From: a bacterium
Lineage (GTDB): Bacteria; JADJOY01
Reading direction: 5' to 3'
NCBI GenBank assembly: GCA_046331705.1
Contig: JAXLQJ010000053.1
Location: forward strand, 1-49,451
DNA: 49,451 bases
Shown: in pieces, positions 16,954 to 26,303 of the stretch
Layout: each line of letters starts with the position of its first letter
How positions within the stretch are numbered: the stretch's first letter is position 1
Made by a program: the position numbers and the translations under genes
Notes under the pieces: generated by a model
Database searches by the model: none
Told to the model about the DNA's origin: nothing
Seen by the model: the letters and a program-made list of their open reading frames with translations, nothing else

Positions 16954-17886
16954 TCACGGCCCCGGCTTGGGGCCGGGGGTGGGGGCGTCGTCACCCATGA
17001 GCGGGTTGTGCTCGCGGGCGGCGAGGCCGGTCATGAAGAGCTGAGCGGTGGCGTCGCTCTCGAGGAGCTGGTTGATGAGCGCGCCCAGGCGCACGCCGGC
17101 GCGGGTCAGCTGGTCCTCCACGACGCGCCTGCGCGCGTCGCCGTAGGCGTTGGTGACCACGCCGTCTTCGGGCAGCTCGTAGGCGATCTCGGTGGCGATG
17201 CGGTGGGTTTCGCGGGCCCAGGCCAGCGGATCGAGCTGGGTGCCGGCCATGGCGCGCTCTTCGTCGCCGATACGCGCGCCGAGCCGAGCCGCCACGTCGC
17301 GCCACGAGCCGGGGATCTGCTCCACCAGGGTCGTGTCCCAGTATTCGTGGAGGGAGATGCTGCGTTTGCTCGCCACCGCGGGCCGGATGTCGATGCGATT
17401 GCCGCCGCCGTCGCGGTCGAAGCCGACGTGCAGCGGCTGGTGGATGTCGCCCACGAAATGGCTCAGGAAGGCGAGCGCCCGTAGCGAGCCGCGGTTGGGC
17501 TCGCCGCCGGCGATGAGGGCGCGGGCGTAGTGCTCGATGCCTTCGGTCACGCAGTGCTCGCGGCAATCGCGGGCGAGGTCGATGTCGCCGTGCGCGCCGC
17601 GCTCGATGTGGACGTCCAGGTAGTGACGCGGCTTGTCGTCGGCGTAGCGAGGGTCGTCGCGCACCAGGTCGGGCCAGAGGCAAGTCTCGTTGAACTGGGG
17701 GTGGTCGGGATCGGTGGCGAGCAGCTCGCGCACGTTGCTCTTCACGCGCGCCGTCAGCTCGTTCCACGCGATCTCGCACACGATGCGATGGCCGGCGAAG
17801 CCCCACGCCTTGGCCTCGCGCGGAGATCCGGACGCGACGGCGGCAAGCACGACCGTCAGCAGCGTGACGCGGCGGGCGCGCACCAT
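16954..17886 (-). CDS. S1/P1 nuclease (secreted)
   Basis: Signal peptide ending AKA|WGFAGH, then WPDLVR, HYLD, HFVGDIHQPLH, GGN, LHEYWD. Alternative GTG start at 17931 is coupled to the SDR stop. Confidence 0.92.
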   Translation of the reverse strand: MVRARRVTLLTVVLAAVASGSPREAKAWGFAGHRIVCEIAWNELTARVKSNVRELLATDPDHPQFNETCLWPDLVRDDPRYADDKPRHYLDVHIERGAHGDIDLARDCREHCVTEGIEHYARALIAGGEPNRGSLRALAFLSHFVGDIHQPLHVGFDRDGGGNRIDIRPAVASKRSISLHEYWDTTLVEQIPGSWRDVAARLGARIGDEERAMAGTQLDPLAWARETHRIATEIAYELPEDGVVTNAYGDARRRVVEDQLTRAGVRLGALINQLLESDATAQLFMTGLAAREHNPLMGDDAPTPGPKPGP

Positions 17887-17927
17887 CGATGGCGAGATCC
17901 GGCTCGAGGCCAAGCGCGTGGGCACGA

Positions 17928-18695
17928 TCACATCCGCATCCCACCGTCGATGTCGATGCACCGGCCGGTGAAGAAGTCGCATTCGATGATGAACTTGATG
18001 CCCATGAAGATCTCCTCCGGCAGACCGGGGCGGCCGAGCGGGACGGCCTTGAGCATGCCTTGCAGCACCTCGGGCCGCATGCCCTTCAGGATCGGCGTCT
18101 CGATGAAGCCGGGCGCGATGGCGCCGGTGCGGATCCCGTAGCGCGCCAGCTCCTTGCCCCACAGCTCGGTGTCCGCCACCAGGCCGGCCTTGGCCGCCGA
18201 GTAGTTGCTCTGCCCGGGGTTTCCGTAGCGGGCGAGGCTCGAGATGTTCACGATCACGGCGGGGCCAGCGTCGTGCTCGATGACGCGGGCCGCGAACTCG
18301 CGGGTGCAGAGGAACGGGCCGGTGAGATCCACGTCGATCACCTTCTGCCATTGATCGAGCGTCATCTTCTTCAGCGTGCCGGTCTCCTTGTCCTTCTTGA
18401 CCAGCAGCGCGTCGCGGAAGAGGCCGGCGTTGTTGACGAGCCCATTGAGCCCTCCGAAGGCAGCCCAGGCCTCGTCCATCAGCTTCACCACCGCCTCTTC
18501 CTTGGAGACGTCCGCGGTGAAGCCCTCGACCTTGCCGGCGAAGCCCTTCGCTTCCGCCTTCAGGGATTCGAGGCCGTCGGCGGCGATGTCGCACGCGGCG
18601 ACCTTGGCGCCGAGCTCGGCCAAGCGCAGCGCGAAATGCCGTCCCATGCCGCTTGCCGCACCGGTCACGACGATCTTGAGCTGATCGAGCTTCAT
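17928..18695 (-). CDS. Classical SDR oxidoreductase (FabG-like 3-oxoacyl-thioester reductase)
   Basis: TGAASGMG, NNAG, NISS, GNPGQSNYSAAK, IAPGFIET. AGGAGG RBS. Confidence 0.93.
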   Translation of the reverse strand: MKLDQLKIVVTGAASGMGRHFALRLAELGAKVAACDIAADGLESLKAEAKGFAGKVEGFTADVSKEEAVVKLMDEAWAAFGGLNGLVNNAGLFRDALLVKKDKETGTLKKMTLDQWQKVIDVDLTGPFLCTREFAARVIEHDAGPAVIVNISSLARYGNPGQSNYSAAKAGLVADTELWGKELARYGIRTGAIAPGFIETPILKGMRPEVLQGMLKAVPLGRPGLPEEIFMGIKFIIECDFFTGRCIDIDGGMRM

Positions 18696-18746
18696 CGATT
18701 CCTCCTGTTTTCGAGCCACGAGACGCGAGCCGGAGGGGTTTAGCAG

Positions 18747-18777
18747 ATCTCGCGAGCGCACCGTCAATCCGCGCGCG
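18747..18777 (-). promoter_or_regulatory. Possible sigma70-type promoter for the SDR / S1-P1 nuclease genes
   Basis: TTGACG plus extended -10 TGcTAAACC on the minus strand, but the 19-bp spacer is long. Confidence 0.3.
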
Positions 18778-18866
18778 CACCCACCGAGCGCGCGTTCCGG
18801 GATCTCGCCAGGCAGCGCCCGATCGCGCAGATTGGGGCCGCTCCTGACACTCGCGGAGGTTCGTTC

Positions 18867-19253
18867 GTGGAGCTCAATCAAGTGACGATCCCGGTGCGGA
18901 ACCTGGATCGGTCCATCGCGTTCTACGAGCGTCTCGGGCTCACGCTGATCGTGCGCGCCGAGGATCGCTACGCGCGCTTCGAGCTGCCCTTCGGCAACGC
19001 GACGTTCTCGCTCCACCACGCGGACGAGGTGCGCGCTCCCACGGGCGTGGTGATCTATTTCGAATGCGAGGATCTCGACGAGCGCGTCGCCAGGCTGGTC
19101 GCGAGTGGCATCGTGTTCGACTCGCCGCCCGTGGACCAGCCTTGGGCGTGGCGCGAGGCCTACACCCACGACCCCGACGGCCACGTGCTCTGCCTCTTTC
19201 GCGCCGGCACGCACCGGCACAACCCGCCGTGGAGGCTGCAACCCCCGGCGTGA
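18867..19253 (+). CDS. VOC/glyoxalase family protein
   Basis: LNQVTIPVRNLDRSIAFYERLG, YFECEDLD, DQPWAWREAYTHDPDGH. GGAGG RBS. Confidence 0.92.
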   Translation: MELNQVTIPVRNLDRSIAFYERLGLTLIVRAEDRYARFELPFGNATFSLHHADEVRAPTGVVIYFECEDLDERVARLVASGIVFDSPPVDQPWAWREAYTHDPDGHVLCLFRAGTHRHNPPWRLQPPA

Positions 19254-19301
19254 CGGCCCGCGGAAGGGGCCGCGGGAGGATCCGCGATCCCGGGCCGGGC
19301 T

Positions 19302-19889
19302 TCACCGCGTGGGCGGGTCGAGCGCCGCGACACGATCGAAGAGCTCGAGGAGCGACGTCCGCACGTTGCCGCGATGGCGGAGCAGCACCTCCTCGAGCAG
19401 CGGTTCGAGACGCGCCGCGTGCGCGGGCGCCAGCTCGTCGAGGAGCTCCGCCAACAGCGCGACGCTGGTGCGCGTCTCGAGCAAGGTCGGCAACAGCCCG
19501 AGCCGGTGGCTGGTGACGACCAGGCCCCGTGCGCGGCGTGCGGCGCGCCGTAGCCGCATCCATTCCCATCGCGACGCATGATCGGCGCCGTCGAGAAGCA
19601 CCACCTCGTTCGCCTGCGCCCGCTCGAGCACGGCGCGCAGCTCGTGCCGCGCGGCGGCACGCTCGCCCGGGTCGAGGCGAAGCCGGATCGGCCGCAGACC
19701 GAGGAGCGGCAGGCGCCGCGCCAGGTCGTCCAGGAACGCGGTCTTCCCCGTGCCGTCCGGCCCCACGACCGCGGCACGAAACCCGAGTCCTTCGAGTCGC
19801 ACCAGCAGCTCGGGCCAGCTCGCGCCTTGCGGCCGGAAGGCGAGCGATTCGAGCCGCTCCACCCGGAGCGGGTTCTGGCGTGGCTTCAC
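19302..19889 (-). CDS. Small P-loop NTPase (minimal AAA+/Hda-like)
   Basis: Walker A GPDGTGKT, Walker B VLLDG, LVVTSH, helical lid ending GNVRTSL. Confidence 0.8.
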   Translation of the reverse strand: MKPRQNPLRVERLESLAFRPQGASWPELLVRLEGLGFRAAVVGPDGTGKTAFLDDLARRLPLLGLRPIRLRLDPGERAAARHELRAVLERAQANEVVLLDGADHASRWEWMRLRRAARRARGLVVTSHRLGLLPTLLETRTSVALLAELLDELAPAHAARLEPLLEEVLLRHRGNVRTSLLELFDRVAALDPPTR

Positions 19890-19911
19890 CCGAGCCTCGC
19901 AGTCGCGAACC

Positions 19912-20319
19912 TCAGGAACGATCGAGAGCGGGGGCGGCGCCGGCGTCCGCTTCGGCTGTGAGGTCCACCTCCGTGCCCGTGGGCGAGAGCACGATGCCGT
20001 GCTGCACGACCTCGTCGCCCGGCTCGCTCACGGCCTGGAGCGTCCACAACACGGAGAAGAGCTTGCCCGAGAAGCTGTACGGACCCGCGGGGAGCGAGAA
20101 CGCGAACGCGCGCTCGCCGCGGGTCGGTGGATTCTCGACGGTCAGCGTTTCGACCACGTCGGCATCCCGCGTGCCTTTGCCCTGCGTGTGCCAGAGCAGC
20201 TCGAGCCGGATCGTTTCGATGCGCTCGCCGGCCAGGTCCCAGCGGAGCCGACCGCGCAGCTGCTCGCGCGGACGGAAGGTGTCGCGTTCTTCCTCGAGCT
20301 CGATTCGGACGTCGCTCAC
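19912..20319 (-). CDS. Hypothetical beta-sandwich (arrestin/SpoOM-like) protein
   Basis: GTGA overlap with the upstream stop. VRIELEEERDTFRPREQLRGRLRW...FAFSLPAGPYSFSGKLFSVLWTL resembles the C-terminal domain of the upstream gene. Confidence 0.75.
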   Translation of the reverse strand: MSDVRIELEEERDTFRPREQLRGRLRWDLAGERIETIRLELLWHTQGKGTRDADVVETLTVENPPTRGERAFAFSLPAGPYSFSGKLFSVLWTLQAVSEPGDEVVQHGIVLSPTGTEVDLTAEADAGAAPALDRS

Positions 20320-22136
20320 GCCGCGCTCCCGGACGCGCCGCCCAGCTCCGCGGGCACGACCACGATCGGGTACTTCTCGCTCACGTTCGGCCAGCGGCGG
20401 ATCTCGCCCTCGAGCACCAGGTTCCAGGTGATCTTGTTGTTGGGCGCCTCGAACGAGTGGATCGTGCCCGCCGGCACGGTCACGCGCTCGCGGCCTTGCT
20501 CGAGCTCGCGCCGGTCGTCGGTGTTCACGATCTCGATCTTGCGGAAGGTGTTGCGCTCGGTGTGGGTGCTGGTGCCGCGCCGGTAGCTCACCTCCTCCAC
20601 GCCTTCGAGATGGATGGTGAGCCGCTCGATCACGTGCGTTCGCCCGCTGAGCTCCCAGCGCAGCTCGAGCTCGCCGCCGAGCGGCACGCACGCGCTGCGC
20701 AGACTGACGGTGGCGCGCGGATTCGCGAGCGCCAGCACGCTCCAGAAGAAGCCGCCGATCAGCGCGAGGCCGATCAGCTCGAATGGGATGAGGAAGATCG
20801 CGAGGAACCACTCGGGGCTTCCGCGCTGGAAGCTCAGCACCAGCTGCCACACGAAGACGCTCACGATGCCGTTCCAGAAGAGCGCCACGAAGAGCATCCC
20901 GAAGACCCGGCCGAATGGCGTCGATTGCGGCTCGAGCGTGAGCGCGCCGCCCCCGCCCGGAACCTTCGGCAAGTAGCTCTCGGCGGCGAGGGCCGCGCTC
21001 GCGACGCGCGACGGCGAGGCGGCGACCGACGCGTGGCGGCCGCGCGCCGGGTCCGCGAACTCATCGCGGGCCGTGGATTGCGCCTGGCGGCGATCTTGCC
21101 CGCGCGAGCGCAGCATGCCGAAGAGGCCGCCGGCGCCGACCAGCGCGAACACCAGCGGCAACGCGAAGAGCAGCGCCGACGCGCCGACCCGAGGCTGGAT
21201 CACCGCCAGCGCTGGATCGCGCGGGTTCACGTAACACGTGAAATCGCGCCCGGGCGGGTACTCGTCGACGATCGCCTGCTTGGCGCCGCGCCCGCTCGAG
21301 CTGCCGCCCGGGAAGCGCCAGCGGTTGGATCGATACGTGTGTCCGCCGACCTGGTAGCGATAGAGGATGTCGACCGAGTACGTGTAGCTCGTGTGACCGT
21401 CGCTGGTGGACTCGTGCTCGCGCACGTTGCTGGCCTCGACGGTGCACGGCGTGGGCGTCCAGCGCGGCGCTTCGAACGCGTTTCGCGCGTCGTCGACGAG
21501 GAAGTAGCCGACGCCGAGCCCGACCGCGAGGAAGAGGCCGAAGAAGATGGCGGGCACGACGGTGGTCGCCGCCGATTTCCGGCCCACCGTGTCCTGAATG
21601 CGATCCGCGCGAACCTTGGTCGCCGCGGCCGAGCCCACCCAGACGCCGTAGATTCCGCCCGCGCCCACCAGCACGAACACGAGCGGCAGCAGCACGAACA
21701 GGCCGATGGCACGCGAGCTCTGCTCGAGGATCGCGTCGGCGTGGTTTTGGGGATTCACCCAGCACGGCACGGCGGCGCCGGGCACGTAACGGTCGAGGGC
21801 GCGCTGCACGGGCGTGTAGTCGCCGTGGCTCGCGCTCGAGGTGCCGATCTGGCTGCTGGTGAACGATTGCCCGCCGATCTCGTAGCGGTAGGTCACCGCC
21901 AGGCCGTAGGGCGCCGAATCGCTGCCGGTGTCGCGTGGCTCGCTCGTCTCGATGGTGCAGCGGTGCTGGGGCCAGCCGTGGGCATCCGAGTTGCGCAGCG
22001 TGGCCTTGACGATCAATCCGGTGAACCCGAGCCCGAACGCCAGAAACACGCCGAAGAAGAGCGTGCCGCAGCCCTTCCCCATGGGCGTGCTCGCGCCGCT
22101 CGCGCTCCCCGTTCGCGTCGAGATCCGCGCAGCCAT
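20316..22136 (-). CDS. Membrane protein with two DUF3592-like domains and a C-terminal beta-sandwich
   Basis: Two repeats of TM-W..xxC.(I/V)..S...YRY.(I/V)GG...Y.PG...C.VNP..(H/P)A.A.(L/I)-TM, then two more TM segments and a soluble domain. Confidence 0.85.
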   Translation of the reverse strand: MAARISTRTGSASGASTPMGKGCGTLFFGVFLAFGLGFTGLIVKATLRNSDAHGWPQHRCTIETSEPRDTGSDSAPYGLAVTYRYEIGGQSFTSSQIGTSSASHGDYTPVQRALDRYVPGAAVPCWVNPQNHADAILEQSSRAIGLFVLLPLVFVLVGAGGIYGVWVGSAAATKVRADRIQDTVGRKSAATTVVPAIFFGLFLAVGLGVGYFLVDDARNAFEAPRWTPTPCTVEASNVREHESTSDGHTSYTYSVDILYRYQVGGHTYRSNRWRFPGGSSSGRGAKQAIVDEYPPGRDFTCYVNPRDPALAVIQPRVGASALLFALPLVFALVGAGGLFGMLRSRGQDRRQAQSTARDEFADPARGRHASVAASPSRVASAALAAESYLPKVPGGGGALTLEPQSTPFGRVFGMLFVALFWNGIVSVFVWQLVLSFQRGSPEWFLAIFLIPFELIGLALIGGFFWSVLALANPRATVSLRSACVPLGGELELRWELSGRTHVIERLTIHLEGVEEVSYRRGTSTHTERNTFRKIEIVNTDDRRELEQGRERVTVPAGTIHSFEAPNNKITWNLVLEGEIRRWPNVSEKYPIVVVPAELGGASGSAA

Positions 22137-22187
22137 GGCCGGGGTTCTACACGATCTCGCTGGCGGAAGGCGTCCGCGTCGCCGCGA

Positions 22188-23390
22188 TCAGTAGAGCGTG
22201 TGCTGGCCGTCGAGGATCTCGCGCCACAGATCCACCGTGTGCGCCAGGTGTCGACCGGCCAGCGCACCGATCGCCGCGCGAGCGCCATCCAGATCGCGCG
22301 CCGCTTCACCGCCGATCGCGATCTCGACGAGCGCGGGCTCGGTGATCGGGTGGCCGATCTCGCTCACGAGGCAGCACCTGGCCTCGCTCACGCCGGGGAT
22401 CTCGCGCGCCACCGCCGCGGCGAGGGTGCGCGAGGTGATCTGGTAGAGCTTGCCCACGTGGCTGATCGGGTTCTTGCCGGCGGCGGCCTCCAGCGTCATC
22501 GGCCGATGCGGGGTGATGAGCCCGTTGGCGCGATTGCCGCGGCCCACCTCGCCGTCATCGCCGGCTTCCGCGGAGGTCCCCGTGACGGTGAGATAGACGC
22601 TGCCGCGCTCGGGGTCGTCGGCGGTGTTCACGTGCACCGTGACGTCGCGGCCGGTCTGCTGGCGCGCCAGCTCGCGCACCTGGCTCGCGAGCCGCTCTTT
22701 CTTGTCGAGGTAATCGGCGAGGCTCGCGACGTGACGATCGACGAAGGCGCACGCCACCGTGAGCCGGAGGTCCGCGTCCTCGCGCACCCCCATCACCTTC
22801 ACGTCCTCGCCCAGCTCGGGGTGCAGGCGCTTGGTCTCGGCTGCGTTGATGTGGCGCTCGACGGCCAGCACCAGCCGCTCGAGCTCCGTTTCCGGCGCGA
22901 ATCCCACGCCACACGAGCTGTCGTTGGCGCGTGGCGCGCCGCTGCGTCGTTGCCGCGCGAACACGTCCAGCAGGTCGACCGAGCCGGGACGGATGCGACA
23001 CGCGATGCGTACGTGCTGCGCGGGATCCAAGAAGCGAAAGCGCGCCGCCACGAACTCGCGAACCACGGTCGCGGCGATGTCCTCGACCGGGACCACGACG
23101 CCGCCGACCTCGCGAGTGGCGCGCCCCGCCAGGATCAGCTCGATCGGCTCGTCGACCCGTCCGCCGCCGAAGCTCGGCCGCGCCGCGCCCCCCACCAGCA
23201 GCACCTTGTCGACGTTGTGGTGGAGCACGCAGCCGAAACGATCCACGTAGAAGCGGCTGAGCGCGCGGCTCAGCTCCTCGGCGATGGCGTCGCAGAGCGT
23301 GTCGGGATGGCCCGCGCCCTTGCGCTCCACGACCTCCACGGAGCCGGCCGCGCCCAGCGCGGCTTCGATGCGACGAAGGCGAAGGGTCAC
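22188..23390 (-). CDS. mat: Archaeal-type methionine adenosyltransferase (S-adenosylmethionine synthase)
   Basis: [81 protein letters not shown]. Confidence 0.93.
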   Translation of the reverse strand: MTLRLRRIEAALGAAGSVEVVERKGAGHPDTLCDAIAEELSRALSRFYVDRFGCVLHHNVDKVLLVGGAARPSFGGGRVDEPIELILAGRATREVGGVVVPVEDIAATVVREFVAARFRFLDPAQHVRIACRIRPGSVDLLDVFARQRRSGAPRANDSSCGVGFAPETELERLVLAVERHINAAETKRLHPELGEDVKVMGVREDADLRLTVACAFVDRHVASLADYLDKKERLASQVRELARQQTGRDVTVHVNTADDPERGSVYLTVTGTSAEAGDDGEVGRGNRANGLITPHRPMTLEAAAGKNPISHVGKLYQITSRTLAAAVAREIPGVSEARCCLVSEIGHPITEPALVEIAIGGEAARDLDGARAAIGALAGRHLAHTVDLWREILDGQHTLY

Positions 23391-23459
23391 GAACGCAGCC
23401 GGTGGTTGACCACGAACTCGGTCGCGGGCGAGGAGTGGCGCGCCACGGTCCGCGCGCGC

Positions 23460-24269
23460 TCAGAAGAAATCGACGAAATGATAGAAGACGCCGCCGATGG
23501 CCTGCTGGATCTCTTCCTTGAACTTCTCGGGCTCGATGCGCTGGTAGCGGTAGCTGGCGGTGAAGCTCACGGGTGCCTGGAGCAGGCTGTAGAGCGAGTA
23601 CGACAAGCCGCCCTCGACGGCGAAGCCGCCGAAACCGTTCGGGTTGGGCGGAAGATCCACGCCCTTGCTCGCGTCGACCAGCGAGTACACGTAGACGCTG
23701 CCGACCGCATAGGGCGTCAGCCCGAGGTCGCGGAAGGTGTAGCTGAAGGTGGCGCCGGTGATGGCCGACAAGATGGTGTAGTCGGCTTTCGCGACCTCGA
23801 TCTCCGGGCCGACGCGGGTCGGCACGCCGTCGGTGACGTTCTGCAGCTCGTACCGCACGCCGACGAACGGCGTGACCGCGAACGGGAACTCGTTGCTCAG
23901 GAACAGGCTGTACTTGACCGCGCCATCGAGGTCGTGTTTCTGGGCGTTGCGATTGATCGACGTTTGACCGCCGGGCAGCGTGTCCGGGCTGCCGACGCCC
24001 TCGTACACGTAGTTCGAGTAGATGTATTTGGTGGTGACGCCGAAACGGCCGAAAGTCAGGTCCACGATTGGCGAGAGGAAGAAGCTCGTGTCGCTGATGG
24101 ACTCGGTTGCGTCGAGGGGGTCGGTGACCTGCGGGCGGTACATGCCGCTCTGCAAGCCGAGCGAGAGGTCGCCGGCGCGCGCGCTGGACGCCGCGAGGGG
24201 AACGCACGAGAGCAGCGCGCCCGCCGCGTACGCGATGGTGCGAAGAGTCGAGCGACGCGGCCGGGGCAT
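23460..24269 (-). CDS. Outer-membrane beta-barrel protein (about 10 strands), function unknown
   Basis: Signal peptide ARA|G, alternating amphipathic aromatic-rich strands (TPFVGVRYE, EGGLSYSL, FTASYRYQ) and a C-terminal Phe. Confidence 0.75.
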   Translation of the reverse strand: MPRPRRSTLRTIAYAAGALLSCVPLAASSARAGDLSLGLQSGMYRPQVTDPLDATESISDTSFFLSPIVDLTFGRFGVTTKYIYSNYVYEGVGSPDTLPGGQTSINRNAQKHDLDGAVKYSLFLSNEFPFAVTPFVGVRYELQNVTDGVPTRVGPEIEVAKADYTILSAITGATFSYTFRDLGLTPYAVGSVYVYSLVDASKGVDLPPNPNGFGGFAVEGGLSYSLYSLLQAPVSFTASYRYQRIEPEKFKEEIQQAIGGVFYHFVDFF

Positions 24270-24378
24270 GCGCAACGAACCGGAATGATGGAGAATCACA
24301 CGTGACGGACGCGCGAGCGATCTTGCGTCACCCCCGCGGGGGCGTCAAGGGAAGCAGCGGCCGTGGCGAGCGTGGCCG

Positions 24379-25299
24379 ATGAGCGAGCTCGCAGCGCCGA
24401 TCGGAGACGGGAGCGGGGCCGGCAAGCACCGATCGGTCGGGAGAGCGATCGCGCGCGAGCCGCTCGTGCACTTCGTGCTCGTCGCCGTGCTGGTGGTCGC
24501 CGCGCGCTGCTGGCTTCGTGACGGCGCGCTCCCCGCCGACGCCCGGCGAGCGCCGATCGTGCTCACGCAAGCGGACGTGGACGCGCGCATCGCGCGCGAG
24601 CAGGCCGCGAGCGGCAAGCCCGTGAGCCCGGCGCGCCGTACGGCGCTGGTCGAGCAGCTGGTGCGCGACGAGGTGCTCCACCGCGAAGCGCTCGCGCTCG
24701 GCCTCGACCAGAGCGACGAGATCGTGCGCCGGCGGTTGGTGCAGATGATGGAGCTTCTGCTCGCGACCGCGGCGCCCGACGATCCGCCGAGCGACGCCGA
24801 GCTCGTGGAGTACGTGGCGGCGCACCGCGAGAAGTTCGAGCGTCCCGCGCGCGTCGCGTTGACGCACGTGTTCGTGGGGCGGGCGGCGCATCCGGAGGAC
24901 GGCGAGCCGCTCGCGCGCGAGCTGCTCGCGCGCCTCGCCGCAGGAGCCGATTCGCGGGGCCTGGGAGATCCCTTCCCGCGCGGCACGGCCTTTCCCCCGC
25001 GCACCGTGAGCGAGCTCGATGCGAGCTTCGGTCCGCTCTTCGGCGAGCGCGTCATCGAGCTGCCGGTGGGACGCTGGTCCGGGCCCATCGCGTCGAGCTA
25101 TGGGCTGCACTTGGTCCGGATCGATCAGCGCATCGAACCGGCGGTGCCGCCCCTCGACGAGATCCGCGCCGAGGCTCGCAAGGCGCTGAGCGAGACGCGG
25201 CGGGAGAGCGCTGCGCGCATGGCCTATCGGAAGATCGAGAAGCGCTACCGGATCGAGCGGCCCGCGGGGATCGCCTCCGAAGCGGGAGCGTCGGAGTGA
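24379..25299 (+). CDS. PpiC/parvulin-type peptidyl-prolyl isomerase domain protein
   Basis: REPLVHF TM anchor, DEVLHREALALGLDQSDEIVRRRLVQ, THVF, FG..F, GRWSGPIASSYGLHLVRI. Confidence 0.88.
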   Translation: MSELAAPIGDGSGAGKHRSVGRAIAREPLVHFVLVAVLVVAARCWLRDGALPADARRAPIVLTQADVDARIAREQAASGKPVSPARRTALVEQLVRDEVLHREALALGLDQSDEIVRRRLVQMMELLLATAAPDDPPSDAELVEYVAAHREKFERPARVALTHVFVGRAAHPEDGEPLARELLARLAAGADSRGLGDPFPRGTAFPPRTVSELDASFGPLFGERVIELPVGRWSGPIASSYGLHLVRIDQRIEPAVPPLDEIRAEARKALSETRRESAARMAYRKIEKRYRIERPAGIASEAGASE

Positions 25300-26270
25300 G
25301 CCGGTCGGCTCGGTGGCTAGGCGGAGCGTGCCTCGTCGTTGCGACGACAGCGGCGGCGCACGGCGTGGATCCGAGCATCGTCGACGTCCGCGAGGCGCCG
25401 AATGGTCGCGTGGACGTGCGCTGGACCGAGCCCACGGGGTTGATCGACGGTCCTGGGCTTCAGTTCACACCCACCGCGCTACGCGTCGATTTTCCCGATC
25501 ACTGTCGGATGGCGTCTGCGCGGACCAGCGAGAGCGTTCCGCGCGGCATGGAAACGCGCTGGTCGCTCGATTGCGGGTCGCGGGGCCTCCGCGATGGCGA
25601 CATCCAGGTTCCAGGGCTTCTCGGCTCGGCGAAGCTCGTGATCCTGCGCTTCCGCACCGCGCGCGATCGCGAGCCGCGGATCGCGATCCTCACCGGTCGT
25701 CGCGACGCGTTTCGACTGAGCGCAGCGAGCGACTCCGTGCGATCGCTGCGCTCGCGGACCTCGCGCGGCGACGACTGGCGCGCCACAGCCTATCTGGCGG
25801 CGGCGTCGGTTCTCGGCGCGATCGCGATGCACAGGCGACGACGCGGCGTGCTCGCGTGGCTGTTGCTCGTCTCCTCCTTCTGGCTCGCGTCATTGCTGAT
25901 TCCAGGGGTTCTCTTGATGCTGGCCTCGGACGGTTCGCCAGGGTCGATCGACTGGTCGCTAGCCGCGCCCGGGCTTGCGGTGCTCGCGGCTTGGTGCGGG
26001 CGACGGATCAGCGGGCCCGATCCGCGCGAACGGACGAAAGATGCGGCCGCCCGCACGTTCGTGCTGCTCGTCCCGCTGGTGATTCCCGTGGGGACGTGGT
26101 GGGGCAGGCCGGGCGCGCCGGAGTGGGCGATGTTCGCGTTGCCCGTCATGATGCTCGCGGGCGCGCTGCTGGTGCTCACCATGCAGTCGGCGCCGCGGCT
26201 ACGACTGCTGCTCGTCTACACCGCGGGCATCTTCGCCGCCATCGAGACCGCGCTCGCGATCACGTCGTGA
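25296..26270 (+). CDS. Membrane protein, divergent HupE/UreJ-like (signal peptide, periplasmic domain, TM region)
   Basis: AAA|HG signal cleavage, FPDHC...WSLDCG periplasmic domain, 5-6 TM segments, GTGA coupling to the PPIase. The His motifs typical of HupE/UreJ TM regions are not seen. Confidence 0.55.
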   Translation: MSRSARWLGGACLVVATTAAAHGVDPSIVDVREAPNGRVDVRWTEPTGLIDGPGLQFTPTALRVDFPDHCRMASARTSESVPRGMETRWSLDCGSRGLRDGDIQVPGLLGSAKLVILRFRTARDREPRIAILTGRRDAFRLSAASDSVRSLRSRTSRGDDWRATAYLAAASVLGAIAMHRRRRGVLAWLLLVSSFWLASLLIPGVLLMLASDGSPGSIDWSLAAPGLAVLAAWCGRRISGPDPRERTKDAAARTFVLLVPLVIPVGTWWGRPGAPEWAMFALPVMMLAGALLVLTMQSAPRLRLLLVYTAGIFAAIETALAITS

Positions 26271-26303
26271 ACGTCGCGCGGCGACCGCGCGGTCAGCAGG
26301 CTG

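Noticed and set aside
23460-24269. Beta-barrel as the MtrB porin for the cytochrome
   Set aside because: About 270 aa is far smaller than MtrB-type barrels; it is 14 kb away and there is no MtrA.
20127-24305. 1392-aa plus-strand ORF
   Set aside because: Antisense shadow of the minus-strand DUF3592, mat and barrel genes. It has no motifs, and long stop-free frames are expected at this GC content.
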